Below are positions 1 to 13,500 of a stretch of DNA of 64,000 nt, in pieces. The DNA is from Balanoglossus misakiensis. Lineage: Eukaryota > Animalia > Hemichordata. Position 1 is the first letter of the stretch, and every line of letters begins with the position of its first letter. Position numbers and translations under genes: made by a program. The notes under the pieces are model-generated. The model did not search any database and was not told the origin of the DNA. It was given only the letters and a program-made list of their open reading frames with translations. The stretch lies in NCBI GenBank assembly GCA_040954595.2, contig CM082596.2, forward strand, positions 6,150,791 through 6,214,790, read 5' to 3'.

Positions 1-1290
1 CGGGGCTATAGCGGGACCTGTACTTCGCCGCGCCGCTGACGAGGGGTGCTTCAACAGTCAATCTTCATTTGGCAAACAACGGGGCTGTCAAGTCGTCTTC
101 CCAGCTCCGGGAATGTTGGATTCACGAGAGGGGAAAGGAAAAGGGGGGGGGGGATTTGGGAAGCGAGCTTGTCAGCGACCGAGTCAATCACGGATGTGTC
201 ATCATCAGCAACTCAGCTCTTTGACCGTGTCACTCGCATTGTTGCCGGCGACAATGGCTGGTGCATGTCGTACCAGCTTACCAACAAAGGCAACCTTTTC
301 AGAATCGTGAACTCTGGAAAGCCCTTGAGCTGTCAATCAAAATCTTTGCCAGTGTATCATCTCTTGTCTGACGTTTCAAAGCAGCTCCATCACGTGGTGG
401 GGATAATGGGATTTTTTTTCTCCTCTCAAAAGAGAGACATTTTCCTCTTTTTTTTATGACGGAAAAGGAAATTTGAAAATTTTATTTCAGCGCATACCTA
501 CTCAAGCCTTGTCTGATACTGAATACGCGAGGATGCAAAAATGATCCTTTTTTTTCGAAGTATTCATAACATGCTTTGTGCTCTCCATTACAAATGACAA
601 ACTGAAAAGTGTCAAAATCCAATCAAGAGATACCCTAGCAACCCTATCAGTTTGGTAAAGAGGTCATGCTTTTAGGGTTGCCATAGAAACCAAAATTTTT
701 GAACAAATCATTTTGCCATGGGGACAGAAAATGGGCGATATGCAAAATAGATACAACAGCAGCATCTTGACTTTCAACTGGAAAACCATAAATGCCTCAA
801 AAGCAACATTTAATTTTCGCAGACAGGGTTTTTATGGACAAATAAAAATCCAAAATGAGCACCTCCACATCACGTTTCATTTTACAATCACAGACAAAAT
901 ATTATTTATTCATGACTTCCTAAACTCGAACGTTATCCACTCTTTTACAGTCACATCTACAAACACAGCATATTAAACCAATTACTTCTGGTCTGTGTGT
1001 ATGATTGGTCACGAGGTATTTGATTAAAAGTTGTGAACTGCAACCTAATTGGTCAATTGTTCCCCTGGTGGCCAATCAACAAAGATTTACCAAAGTATGA
1101 AGCCAATCAACAAACAATAATCCTTGACATACAACACTCATAATCGCAATGGTGGTGCCTAGATTATCAGAGTATTGGGTACATATTATAAAATATATAT
1201 CTATTACAAAAATACCAAATATTGAATACATGGTTTAGAATGTCACATCAAGACAAAAATTAGGATTGGCAGCCAAAACGAGAAACAAAA

Positions 1291-1497
1291 ACAGGCTGGT
1301 GTTATCCAAAACTGTCATAAATGTTTGGTAATATCTGCAAAATTACAAAATCTCTGCTCAGTCTGGTATTTCAGTCGTCACGGTTACACAGAAGACAGGC
1401 TGGTGTTATGCAAAACTGTTAAATGTTTGGTAATATTGACAAAGATTACAAAATCACCGCTCAGTTTGGCATTTTGGTCGTCACGGCTACGTAGAAA
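1291..1497. repeat. Two-copy tandem duplication, period about 104 bp
   Basis: ACAGGCTGGTGTTAT(C/G)CAAAACTGT...AAATGTTTGGTAATAT...ATTACAAAATC...GCTCAGT...GTCGTCACGG(T/C)TAC begins at both 1291 and 1395, with scattered substitutions. Confidence 0.9.
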
Positions 1498-3554
1498 AGT
1501 GACGTGCAGCAGAGAAAGGACTCCAGATTGTCTGAAGTAGGGGGGAACCCGCAGCGAGCAAAATTGAGAGGTCTTTTCTGACGGAGACAAGGGCGGGGAG
1601 AGAAAAAAACACATTTGGGCGCATTCAGAAAACATTCTCCGGGGTTAACAGATGTAAGGAGAGAGAGAGAAAAAAAGGTGTTGATAAAGACCGGTGCGGT
1701 GTCCTAGCTCGCCGGCCAAATGGAAATTCTCAGTAGGCAGAGAGAAAAAACTGGATGCCATTACCATGACAATAGCATCCTCAATTTGCTGGTAATTGCA
1801 CCGTGCTTTTACTGCTCATTCGTCCCCCATTCAGCAGTGTGTTTCCAGCGCCGGTTTCGACAGAATGCTGGGAATTTCAATTTCTCTGCTTAAAACATCA
1901 TCAATTTCAGCGCGCGACTGGGATGGAGTGGGGGAGGGGGGGGGGGCCTCGCTTTTCTCCCTGTAACTCCGGCGATGTTTTACTCGCTGTCTGGACAATT
2001 ACCGGACGAGGTCCCCACGTCGGGGGAAATATTTACGCCCCCCCCCCCCCCATCCTCAGAGCCTAACCACAAAATTGTTTTATTTTTTGTTCTGTTGCTT
2101 CGAGGAGAGACGGGTTAGATAGCAAGTGCCATCGAGACAGACAAGGATAGAGGCTGCTCGGTGGGAGTTCGCGAACTTGGCGCGGCGATCGCGGAAAATA
2201 CAACCTGACGAGCAAAATGGTCCACATGATTGGGTATTTGCCCGAGATTCGATTTAGAAATCCACTTTCCCAGATTTTCTGTTCTCGAGTTGTCTCAAGC
2301 AGAAACCGGTCTGTGCCGAGGCAGTGGGCAGCCCTCTACAGTTGGCAAATTGACAACGATACGTCTGATTCCTCAAACTGGCTACAAAAAAATATCCATA
2401 ATGCTATCAAAAATTTGAGCACAGCTGTGCCAGCAATATTCTATAACTGACGTTTTTTTTTATAATTTTCATAACAAGATCTGCACACATGTGAGTTTTA
2501 CAGAAAATTAAATTTGAAACGCCGTGCATCTCAGGAAATGAAACTTAACAGTATGTCAATCAAAATGTTCACTTCTAGTCAACTTCTTAAACAAATTATT
2601 CAGATTTTTTTACCAAAGAGCAAAAACCCGTTATTTCATTTTGTTCATGAGAATGAAGTATAGTTACACACATTTTTCACATACTGAAATCATCATAACT
2701 TGATGTGAAAACCAAAGACTGAAAATTTCCCCTAAAAGTGGCATAGTTTTTCATCACCACATCATCAAGATACCCAACTCTGAAAGGATTTGCAGTATGT
2801 CGTAATTTGCTCTAGCTGTCAATATTATCTTACAAGAGTCTAATTATTTGCTGAATGGCTACGAAATCAATTTTTCATGCTCCTACAACAATGCTGGATA
2901 GAACAGTCTGGGCAATATTTACACAGCCATTGTCTGCAAGTTAGCCCGCCCAGCCAATTTACGCAAGAGCACACTTTGTAAAACACACACTGTTTTCTGT
3001 ATTCTGGTCACCGTTAAATTGAATCCCACCTCTTTCAAAACCATTCAATTAACAAATTATTTAATCAACACTGAAATTTCCACATGGATCATTTTATCAA
3101 ACCCCCCATGGAGAAATCATTTGATGTCCCCAGTGAATCAGTCATTAATTGCTACATTCGTAATCAGAAATCTAATTTACGAAGAGAAAACATTTGTCCC
3201 ATGGTAGAGTGACTGCAACTTCTGTACCATCATCACTGTACAAACGAGTCCATCTTAATACACCCTAGAATACTAACTATAGATATTTAATTCCATTGCT
3301 AGAAATGATACTAGCAACAGAGATGTCACATGGACGGAGGTGGTATGTATCAACAAATATATGAAATCAAGGATATTTCATCATAGCCATCAAAATGGAA
3401 TTACATCATCGCCAACCAATTTAACCAGTAGTTGCATGTCAAGAAAATGCCAATACCTGATTTTCTGCCAAATGCATAGAATTTCAATGAGATCATAGCG
3501 ATTTTAAGATGCCATGGTGAGATCTAGTTTAAACTGGATTCGTAGTTTGGTTTC

Positions 3555-3650
3555 TTGTTGTGCGTATGTGTGACAGTGTGTGTGTGTGGGGTATGCGTGT
3601 ATTTGTATGTATGTATGTATGTGTGTGTGTGTGTGCGCGTGCTTGTGCAT
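3555..3650. repeat. Imperfect (TG)n/(TATG)n simple repeat
   Basis: TGTG and TATG runs visible directly. A further (TG)n lies at about 4090-4110. Confidence 0.8.
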
Positions 3651-4335
3651 GGAATTTTATCCTAGAAGAAACGATCGTGCCAGGTTGCAGACACTCAGCG
3701 GATCTCACAGTTACGTGTAAGCACAGCATATAAAGAAAGAATTTAGGAGTTCAGAGCAACGTTCGGACCGAACCCTGACGATCGCTCATCACAAGCACCG
3801 CCACATAAGTAACTTCTTGAAGAAAACTTTCCCTCCAAGATCAGGTCACTTTATCAGTATCTCGGGCAATCGCAGGGAGTGAGAGAAAAAAAAAAATTCC
3901 CGACTGAGATAAAAAGAAAATCCACTTTCAGTTGATAGAAACAGGCACATCTTAAGTAGATTTCACGGAGAAAAGCACTTCCATGAACTCGCCTAATCTT
4001 GTCTTATCAGGTTTCTGCGTCCAGGTGGCTGGAGTATTCTTCAGCGCGTTTACGTGAAATCTATCACAGATGTGGTCTGTATGTTTTTCTGTGTGTGTGT
4101 GTGTGTGTGTAGAATGTCACAGCGGGTTCAATGACCGTCATTTTCCTGCCTTTCGTATCAAGGCACTGAGAGAGGGGTACTCAAAATAACTTCTATTAGA
4201 GACCAGTGCTTCTAATAGGTTTTTTACGGTACATTTTCCCCCACAGATCACACTCGCACACACACACACGCAAACCCACTCGACGAAAACCTCGCCACAG
4301 ACACCGGTTGTTGACGTCTGCCCCGGCTGACTCAC

Positions 4336-4509
4336 CTTGCCCGTGTAGACATAACGCAGGACGCTCCCAAAGAGCGCCACATCCGTGTGGGGAAGCTTGA
4401 TGGTGGTAACCCTGTCCCGCATCACAGAGGACTCCGTCAGCTCATTTCTCAAATACTGATAGCGTCTGCTCCGTGCTGAGATTATCAGCTTGTGTGCATA
4501 CATGGGAGC
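4336..4509 (-). CDS. BTB/POZ-domain protein, next coding exon (APMYAHKLIISARS...IKLPHTDVALFGSVLRYVYTGK)
   Basis: 174 nt (58 codons), bounded by acceptor tgtcttttcag and donor AAG|GTGAGT, phase 0 at both ends. Contains the BTB hallmarks AHKLIISARS and F..VLRYVYTG. Joins in frame to the 17826-17966 exon to give a continuous BTB domain. I found no further exon in 1-4335, so the gene continues outside the window. Subfamily (BTBD19/BTBD9-like BTB-BACK) is only a guess. Confidence 0.9.
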
Positions 4510-7500
4510 CTGAAAAGACATTTTTTCGCATGAGAAAAAAAAACAGCGATTGAGTGAATTCTGAAAACATAGTAGGTGGTACATGTACACAGATATCTTT
4601 ATGCTGGTCCACGTTTGCTTTTAAACTGGAATTCACAACTGTATGGGCTGTACACAGTTAGCGATGCACAGTGACTCACAGTGAAGCTTATATGACCAGG
4701 CACATAGACAAAATACCCAAGAACAAATACCATCTGTTGCTTACTACAATACTAACATATAAAATATGTTTCACAAACACAAGAACCATTCAAAGACTGG
4801 AAAACCCATATCATATTTTTTCAGTATTTTTTATGTTATTAAAGGTACAAAGTTGATGCAGTTTTAGCCTAGTTACCGTGGACACTGGAGATGTACCCAA
4901 TCACAGATTTTCTCTTGGGTGGCCATTCAAAAAGATAGCACCCCATCCTTTACACCAAATATGGGCATATGTATGTCAGCCAGTGATTGTATCATTTTAA
5001 CTAACAGTTGTTTTTTTCCTTCTAATCCCCATACTATGATCAAATTAATATTAATCCCAAAAAGGCACAGTTTACCAGAGAGTTTCATCATAAAAATGCT
5101 AAATAACGTGGTAACATACCGATGTACATGTAACAAGTGATACACTTTCATATCATTTATAAATACACCCTATTTTTCAGTTATCTGATCGCATTTGCTT
5201 ATAAGTGAGACTCGGACAGAAGGACAGGCAGTATGTCTGATAACTTCCCGCTGCTCACAGATGGTGTCCAATGGTTCTATTTAGTTGAAATTCACACACA
5301 AAGCAGCAAACACTATCCACTCTAATTTTTTTTTCTATTTTCCACAACAATATCGCCTCATTACTAAAAAAGGGTGCTTGGAAAGCAATTAGCCCGATTC
5401 ATTTCCACCGCAGAGCACACTAGTTGCCATGGAAACACAGAGAGGGAGGTGGGTTTTTTTTTAGCCTGAAGATATATCGCTTGTGTATCATAACATCCTC
5501 GCGTATTATAACCTAGGGCTTTGCACCCTTGAAGATGATTGCGTCGATCAGGGTTAGGCGATACACTCCACACTCACTTCACCCACGGAGAGACAAATTT
5601 GCGGCTACTTGACAAAATTTATCCAGTGGTCGGTCTCGTCGAGCCACAGTGAGCTGGCAATTATCAAGCCGGATCTCGCGGAAAAACGGTTTGGCGCGAT
5701 TTTTGTTGCGGTTTTACATAAACAAGTCTGAAGACGGCTGTTTTTTTTCCATCCTCTTCTAAACATGCCCATATGTCATGGGAGACATCCATTTTTTCCT
5801 TTGTGAGACACCATCAATGCATAGAAAAAGCAGTGAAATGCATGCTTTCTGACCAAGGTCATAATGATTAAGACTTGGAAGTTGTATGAAATCTTGAAGA
5901 TATGTGAGAAAATGATACATATTAAATATATGTGGTAAATGTCTACCCAGAATAACTGATTCCTTCTCCCCCAAAAATCATCATAACTCTATCGGTTGAA
6001 AAGGATGACAGTAAATAGCAAAGATAAACCAAGCGTTCGTATCCCCTTCTAGCGAGATTTCAACCCCCTTTGGCCCAGAAAAGGCTCTTAAGAAAACTGA
6101 AACAGGTTTCTGAGCGCCTTCAAGAGAAACCGTAATCGAATTTGTTGAAATGCCTCTTGACCTGCAGTGTGACCCAACGCATGTAATTTCGCATTTTTGT
6201 AACAATTAGATTCTGGCGTGTAGCGATTGGGAAATATATTTATGGAGAGAACGCTGGCGGGCAAAGACAGTGTTGCTCGATGCTCGGAGTGCGAGCAGTG
6301 TAAATGGCGAGCCTTCAAAGTAGGTGACAGTTATTGCGACCAAGATTTTCCTTTTTAAAATGTTCCGCCTCGAGCGATCGGCGAATTCGGTTAGTTTCCT
6401 AATAGTATTAGAAGTCGGTCTCGGAGTTTAGCACACGCGCCTCAAAACTGTTCTGACATAGTCATATGAAATTATTCCATTTCTCGGGGTGGTGCGTAAC
6501 TCAAGCTGGCATTTTTTCTCTCTGGTTGACCTTCCTTGACAGTTTGGTGCCTGGGTATTCAAATCTGGGTGGTTGTTTTTTTCGAAAGTGAATTTTTAAG
6601 TTTTATTTGATCACAGTGACTGTCAGGTTGGTAAAATATAATATATCTAAAGTATGGAGTATCAGAGATCCCCCCCGATCGCAGCTATGACCCCATTTAC
6701 CAGGTACTTTGTGAAACAAAAATTTTGTTTCTGCAGAAAGTTAGTTCTGTAGAAGTTGACTCTTGTTCACTTCTCATAATCCCTGCTCAGACGTGAGGAG
6801 TGAAAATTAAAATCTGTTAGAGCTGCAACAAAGCATGGAACCACTACCAGTGCCCACAACTGACCAATCAAAGCCTTTCACTGGAGGGACCTGGTATATG
6901 TGCCAGCATGCTATCATGATATGTGTGGCTACATACATATACATACACTGTGTAACAATTTCAATATGACTAACTCTTCCCTTAATTTCCATAATCCAAC
7001 GATTTGCGAGAATCACCCCACTTGACATGACAATCGCAGATTAATCGCAAATTGTCTTTGTTCCTACACGCTAGTGACGATTAGATTTCAACTTGCCAAA
7101 CACAAAAATTATTACATTCTGATTCAAAGTGACGTACACCTCTCAATATTACTCATCCCAGGATATCGCAAAAAAACTGAGAAACGAAATTACGAATGAC
7201 TGACACGCACTTCAAATAAACGGTCCCCCTATTGTTCGGACCGCTCATTTCCATCGGGAAACAAAGAAGGTCTTGCAGCAATGGACGAGACGAGAATTCA
7301 AACTTCAAATTTGTTTGACTGGGATAGGAAATTGCAAAACCAACACGCAGTGACTCACGCGGGTTGTTTTAGGAATCAATGGAGCATTTGATGGGTGATA
7401 TTCTACTGCAATAAAGACACTCATACGAATCTAACTGACTTGTACATGGTCTGACAGGATACAGTAATTTGTACTCTTAAAGCTATATACTCCTACAGCT

Positions 7501-10500
7501 ATATTCTGTTGGGTCTCCGTTTCCTCAATAACTTTTAAAACGCGTGTTGTAAAAAAAGAAGCACACTCTGTTCCATACCAAACCATGCCATACCTGTACA
7601 ACGGCACCAAAGTTACAATTTTTGTTAAACTCCGATTCTAGTTTCATAACAAGCTTGATTGTATTTCTTGGCTACCAACCCGTAATTGAACAAGTCTCGC
7701 GAGATCTCGTAATGAGCGTAAAATCGTATACTAGTATTGTGTATTTTGTGGAAATAATTAGTGCTGCACTACAGTGCCTGTGCCTGTAGTCTGTGGATGC
7801 TGAGAATGGGAGATATGCCCATTTTGACAGCAGGGCTTGCCAAGTGGGCATATTACTATTGGGAAACTGATGTCACACTGATAAGTGGGACACATGAGGC
7901 TAGACCACTAGTTATCATGCCATGGTCCTCTACTGGTGGTCTCTCCTCAGATTTCAAAATTTAACAGGTGGGGGCCAGATAATGTTTGGGGGGGGGGGGG
8001 TTCACTGAGCCAGACACTAGGAGGGACGGAGGGAGTGTGGAATGGACAGGAGAGGTGGGAAAGAGGAGGGGGAGATAGGCAGAGAAGACAAGGAAGACTG
8101 AGAGAGGGGAACAGACCCTGACAGATAGACAGACAGACACTCAAATCTGTATACACACACAAGAACACAGTGAATGCATACACACAAATACCGTCAAGTG
8201 CTTAAAAAGTCCCTTTCCCCAAATTCCCCGGCAAACGACACCGCTGCAAAATAATGTATCGGATTTTCATTAAATGAGCTAGCCAAAATGAATCAGAGAG
8301 AAAACGTTATTTTCCCTTTGATAACGCCAGAATTAATCAACTTTCCAGGCAGATAACAAAGTCATTACACACGTAATTGCAATATTAACCCTTACTATTA
8401 ACACCCAAATAGGATGAGTTAATAAAAAACCCACAGTAATCAAATCTAACTCCACCGAGTTTAGGCCGTCTGTAACCCGTGCTAATGGAAAATTCATTTC
8501 CCATCTCTGAGCACTTTGGGTACGGGTAATTGCTTTCCTCAACCTCCGCACAATTGAATACGAGGTCTCTATACTTTTTTTTTTTTACCTTTTGTGTGTA
8601 TTTGGTGTAAAAGCAATGAAAGGGTCAGCTTTTCCCCTTGATTACAAATCATATTCCATTTGATTACAATTCTCCATTAGTCACGCCAATGAGGGAGAAA
8701 AAAGAATTCTAAGAACTCTCTGAATTTGCACCAAAAGTTTAACTGGGGATAGAGGGATGTACCTTTTCGACGGTGCGATGAAGTTGCAGGCGTGACATTG
8801 AGTTCACGGATAAAGAATGTGCGAAATGAGATAATTTCACTTAAGCGATGCAGCAACATGGTGTAAATGCTGATTGAAAACATAATGGGAATAAATATTC
8901 TAAGTCCACAGTACTCCCTTAATTAATTTTATGTACAATACTGTAGACAGATGTAGTGCTGAGTTTTTAACCTGTCATACATATCTCATGTCACTTTTAA
9001 ATCTATCATTAAAATTTCATCACCTACTTCCCATCAAATTTTATTCAGCATTTACGACAAAATGTTCGACACAGAAAAGTCTCACTTTTTTTCATTATTT
9101 GCTTATTTTGGTTCATTTTGGTTCAGATCTCATGGGACTGTGATGAAGAGTGGAAATCAACCAAAATAAGCAAACGGAATGGCGAAAAAATCCACATAAA
9201 TTGTATTTTTTGGTTTCCAGAGTTTCGGCAAGAGGCATGGTGACAGCGACATATTTGACACAAATTCCAAGTGATGTGCTCCGCCATCGACCTCTGCCGG
9301 ATGACTGCCGTTCAACGGGAAGGCTTCTGCGAAATCGCCACTTGTCAGATTTAATTGAAATCCCAGGAGATCAATTACCAAATTTCTCCCGGATGAGAAC
9401 ACTGTGGTACTTAGAACAAGCAACAATCATTAATTGAAGAAAATGCAGCCACTGTCTAGGCTGGAGTCGCTGACCCAGCCATCTCCGGTCGCGGCTAATC
9501 TCCCCTAATTCAAATCAAATATCCATGTTTTATCATGGCTCATACTCGCTGCGCTGGGGTCCCTCCATTAGGTGTGCGCTATTAAGATATATTACCGGCG
9601 CTATTAAAATTGCAATGCATCATGGGTGTCTGAACACCTAGGTTAAATTTCCACACCATAAACTTTTTTCTCCAGATGAAAGAAAATCCCTTAAGCTTTA
9701 ATGCAAGATTTGGTAAGAAGTTTAAAAGCATAACTTGTCACTTTTGTACCTGGTCTAATAAACTACATGTATTAAACAAACTCTAAATCTGCTGTGTGTT
9801 TATTTTGTTTCTGACAGAATCTCAAATTGCAAATAAATTACTGGAGATTTAACGAAGCAGTATATCTCCACTGGTGGTATATTTGCTAATTATACGCTAG
9901 CAGAAATTGTGCGAACCCGTGGAGTTTGAATTCATAACAGAATCTGTGAGTGGGTGGGTGCAGACTGTTGAATCACAAACACCAGACGGCCATGGACACA
10001 CTTGATGAGTGGGAAACTCACGAGCAGCACGACACGACTCTGTGAAATCCTCTTAATGAAAAAAAGAGAGAAATTATCAGGTTCTTTGCAAGACCACAAG
10101 GCCACTCGAGAATCGGGCATGAAGTAGAGAGTGACCACAAGTGATGAGGGTGTTCTTGAGGTGTTATGAGACAAGTAGGTGTGAAAGTGCAAAGTGGAAC
10201 ATTTCTATTGAGAACCAAACAAGGTTATCACTGATTTTAACGAGTGATATTATTATTAGAAGTGCGAGTCACGTTGTAAAGATTTGATTTTTCCAACAAA
10301 AACTATATTTCATAAAGAAAGACTTTCATTCTATTGGCCACTGCTGTCTCCCTGAACATTTTCCCCAACATTGAATGTATACCCAAATATCTCTTTTGGC
10401 AATTTCCCCGCACACAATCTATGTGCTGTACATACTGACCATCTTCATGTAAAATTTCTCCTGGTAAATTCTGTATAACAAAATAATAGCCTTCAAAAAA

Positions 10501-13500
10501 TTGAGCTGAGTTAGTTCACAGTCAGTGAAGACAAATGACAATTGTTTTCATCACTCGTAGTCGGTTGTTACTTGTTGCCAGGTGATAGTGAAAATACTCA
10601 ACCACCAGTCAAGAGACTCCAAAGCAAACTTGTCCTTCAATTTTTCTGGTCAATACTGGCGACTCCAAAGAAAATCATTTTCATTGTTAAAGTATCACAG
10701 AAAAAAGGTTGAAAAGGCACAAACAGAAAAAACAATACTATTTTCAGCCTCCGGGGGTCTAGGCCACCTACACATACAATTTCGATCGCTGTACGTGATG
10801 ACATTGGCGTGACGGCCTAGCTGACTAAAAGTTATTCCATAATTCAAAGACAAACATGTGAGCATTGTCTAGATATGTGAATGCTGTCTAATTACAGTCT
10901 GGACACTTTGTTTTGACAACATTGCTTGCGGTTGCCCGTTACCGATGATAAAATTTCCTCGTGGACACAGATTTTAGGTCTCCTCAAATCCGGACATAAA
11001 TGTTTCCAGAAACAAAACAAAATGTTATGATTCAGATACAATTTTTAATAATCTTGAGTAAGCAAATGATGAATTTGTCAACTTTCCGATGGTGGCCACT
11101 CAAATGTGCCTTGGGTTGGAAGTAAACTCCAATGAGTTTCCGCTAAGTGAAGGACTTTCAGGGACTTGGCATAAGTAACACACAGAGGGCAGTTTTTTGT
11201 TTAATTGCGCTGCAAATTATGTACACTCTACATCAGGTGTGTCTATAGCCAAAAGAACTAACGTCTGTGATAAATGAACGAAAAAGGCAATGGAACTTAC
11301 TCAATTATATTTTAATTCAGGTAAATAACTTAGGAAAAATGTTTATCCCAAGGAATGTATGCTCAGTGGTCCTTGTGTAAAGTTAGTAAATGAAATGCCC
11401 CCTCCCAGTCATTTTTGACTATTCCCTGAATGATTTGATGGGTGTAACCATGATGATAATAACAGGTTAGCTATCTCCTCATTGTGACTGAAAAACAATG
11501 CATCATCAGTCGAAGGAAAAATCCTCCCACAAGCTTTTCATAAACGCCACAACTTCAGGCGAGGCCCGAGGGTTCTTTTTTCTCTTTCTCATTCAAGGCA
11601 CAATAACGGTGTTTCGAAACATCCCAATCGCGCATTAGACGTCGAAATAACGACGCTCACCTAGCAGTGAAAGAGAAAAGGCCACCAGCTCGCAAAACCG
11701 GGAAGGATCATTTGAAAAAATCTCAAAGTAATCAGAGAGCTGGTATGAGAAACTAGTCAAAGCATCTCATGCAGAAGATTTGTGTGACAGTGTGCCCGAG
11801 TCAAAGATTGGGAATTAACATGCTCAATTTAACGTAAATTTCACCAAACAAATATCCCCCAGTGGCATTTGAGAGCTCTTCGTGCATGAAATAATGACGT
11901 TTGATTGAAGGAAGGTGAGCATGGTCTCCGATATTCGCAAAATCAATGTACGGCCGCTAAAATTAGCTTAGTATTGTAAAACTCAGATTTGCCCTAATGT
12001 ACTGGGAGTGAGCGTCTGCATTCTAAAGTCGAGTCGACTTGCAGGCAGGAAGATCGCTCTGAATACCTCGATGTCGAATGTCTGACAGCAAATTACCATG
12101 TTTTTTAGTATTTTCTAGTATTATCTTGGCGTTTGTCGTCCACATATTACTAGTTTGAGATGTGTATATCCATAACATTTTGATTTGATAATTTCATTGC
12201 CAAATATCAGGTTATGCATAACAGTATTTTTGGAACACATTTAAAGCTCCATGGTACAGAATTTGTTGCATATTTGTCATGATTTTGACATGAGTATTTG
12301 CAGTCGGGTAAAAGGATAAAAATACTGAGAGAAGTTGACAGAGCAGCAGCTAATGGCTCTTCAAAGCGATACTGCAGTACTGGAACTATCCCATGATGCA
12401 TTCTGACTTTTCGGTGAAGTCTCAGTAGCAAGTCCCTGATGTGTAGAGAAATTTATTGACTATTTTAGCACACCATTCGTCTCGTTTCCCATCCTTTAAC
12501 CATTGAATTCTTATTTTTCCTTTAGTTTATACATTTCCATTGTTTTTTTCCATCTGCTACTCTCAAGAAGATAAATATGATAATTCCTGTCGAATGTCAA
12601 TGTACGCAAATTTTGACCTGCACTTTTCAGCATCTGTCTCGCAAATTTCACAACTAGTAAAATTCAAGAGATAATAGCTAATAAAATCTATAAGAAGTGC
12701 ATTTCTCGTTATATCGCGGTGTAAACGAAGACGGGTTTATTGATCGGTTTATTCTGGATTCAGTTGCTATGCAGAACTATCACTTCCACTTATTTTGAAT
12801 TTGCTTTTTTTTTACATAGCTATGTAATTGCTGCATTTCCTACGCCTAATGGTCACCTATGCAAATTTAGCTATGGTTACCATGGAAAGTGAGGCAGAGG
12901 TAGCCAATCACAGCTTTCCACATGGGTGGCCATGTGAAAAAAAGGGCGCTACCACACGACCATTTGAAGACACAGCCTTCAACCATATATGGACATATGT
13001 AAATCAGAGATAGATATATCTCTGCGATGCAAACCATGTATGAATATTTGTATTCTGATAAAAAAAATGACAAAAGGAATGGTATACTTTAAAAAAGTAT
13101 GGCTCATAATTTCACATTTTTGGTTCAAATTAAACACTTAACTTGTTTATGACAAATATATACCTCATTGCGTAATATTTCGGCACAATGAAATTATTTT
13201 AATTACAAAACAGCTTCTGCTTATTTCTAACACAATGTCAGAAAATAATATGAAATCTCTGTCAAAATATCAAAAAGGTCTTTAAAAAGGCCCCCCGTCG
13301 ATTTGAAACGCTTCACTTTAGACTTATAAAACCGCACCATGTAAACATCTCTTCTGACATGTCACAATCTCATATATATACACATTTGATAATAGCGCAT
13401 TTTGTCTGCCAGAGTGTCGATCTCCCCGCGATCTCATTCAGAACCGACAAAGCGACTCCCCACCCCCCAAACAATGAAAATACTTCCATATCCGATGGAT

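Noticed and set aside
1291-1497. Direct repeats as a possible CRISPR-like array
   Set aside because: Only two adjacent diverged copies, no spacers and no cas genes, in a eukaryotic intron.
4138-4590. Treating the whole 150-aa ORF as a gene
   Set aside because: Only 4336-4509 is bounded by splice sites and BTB-like. The flanks are intronic read-through.
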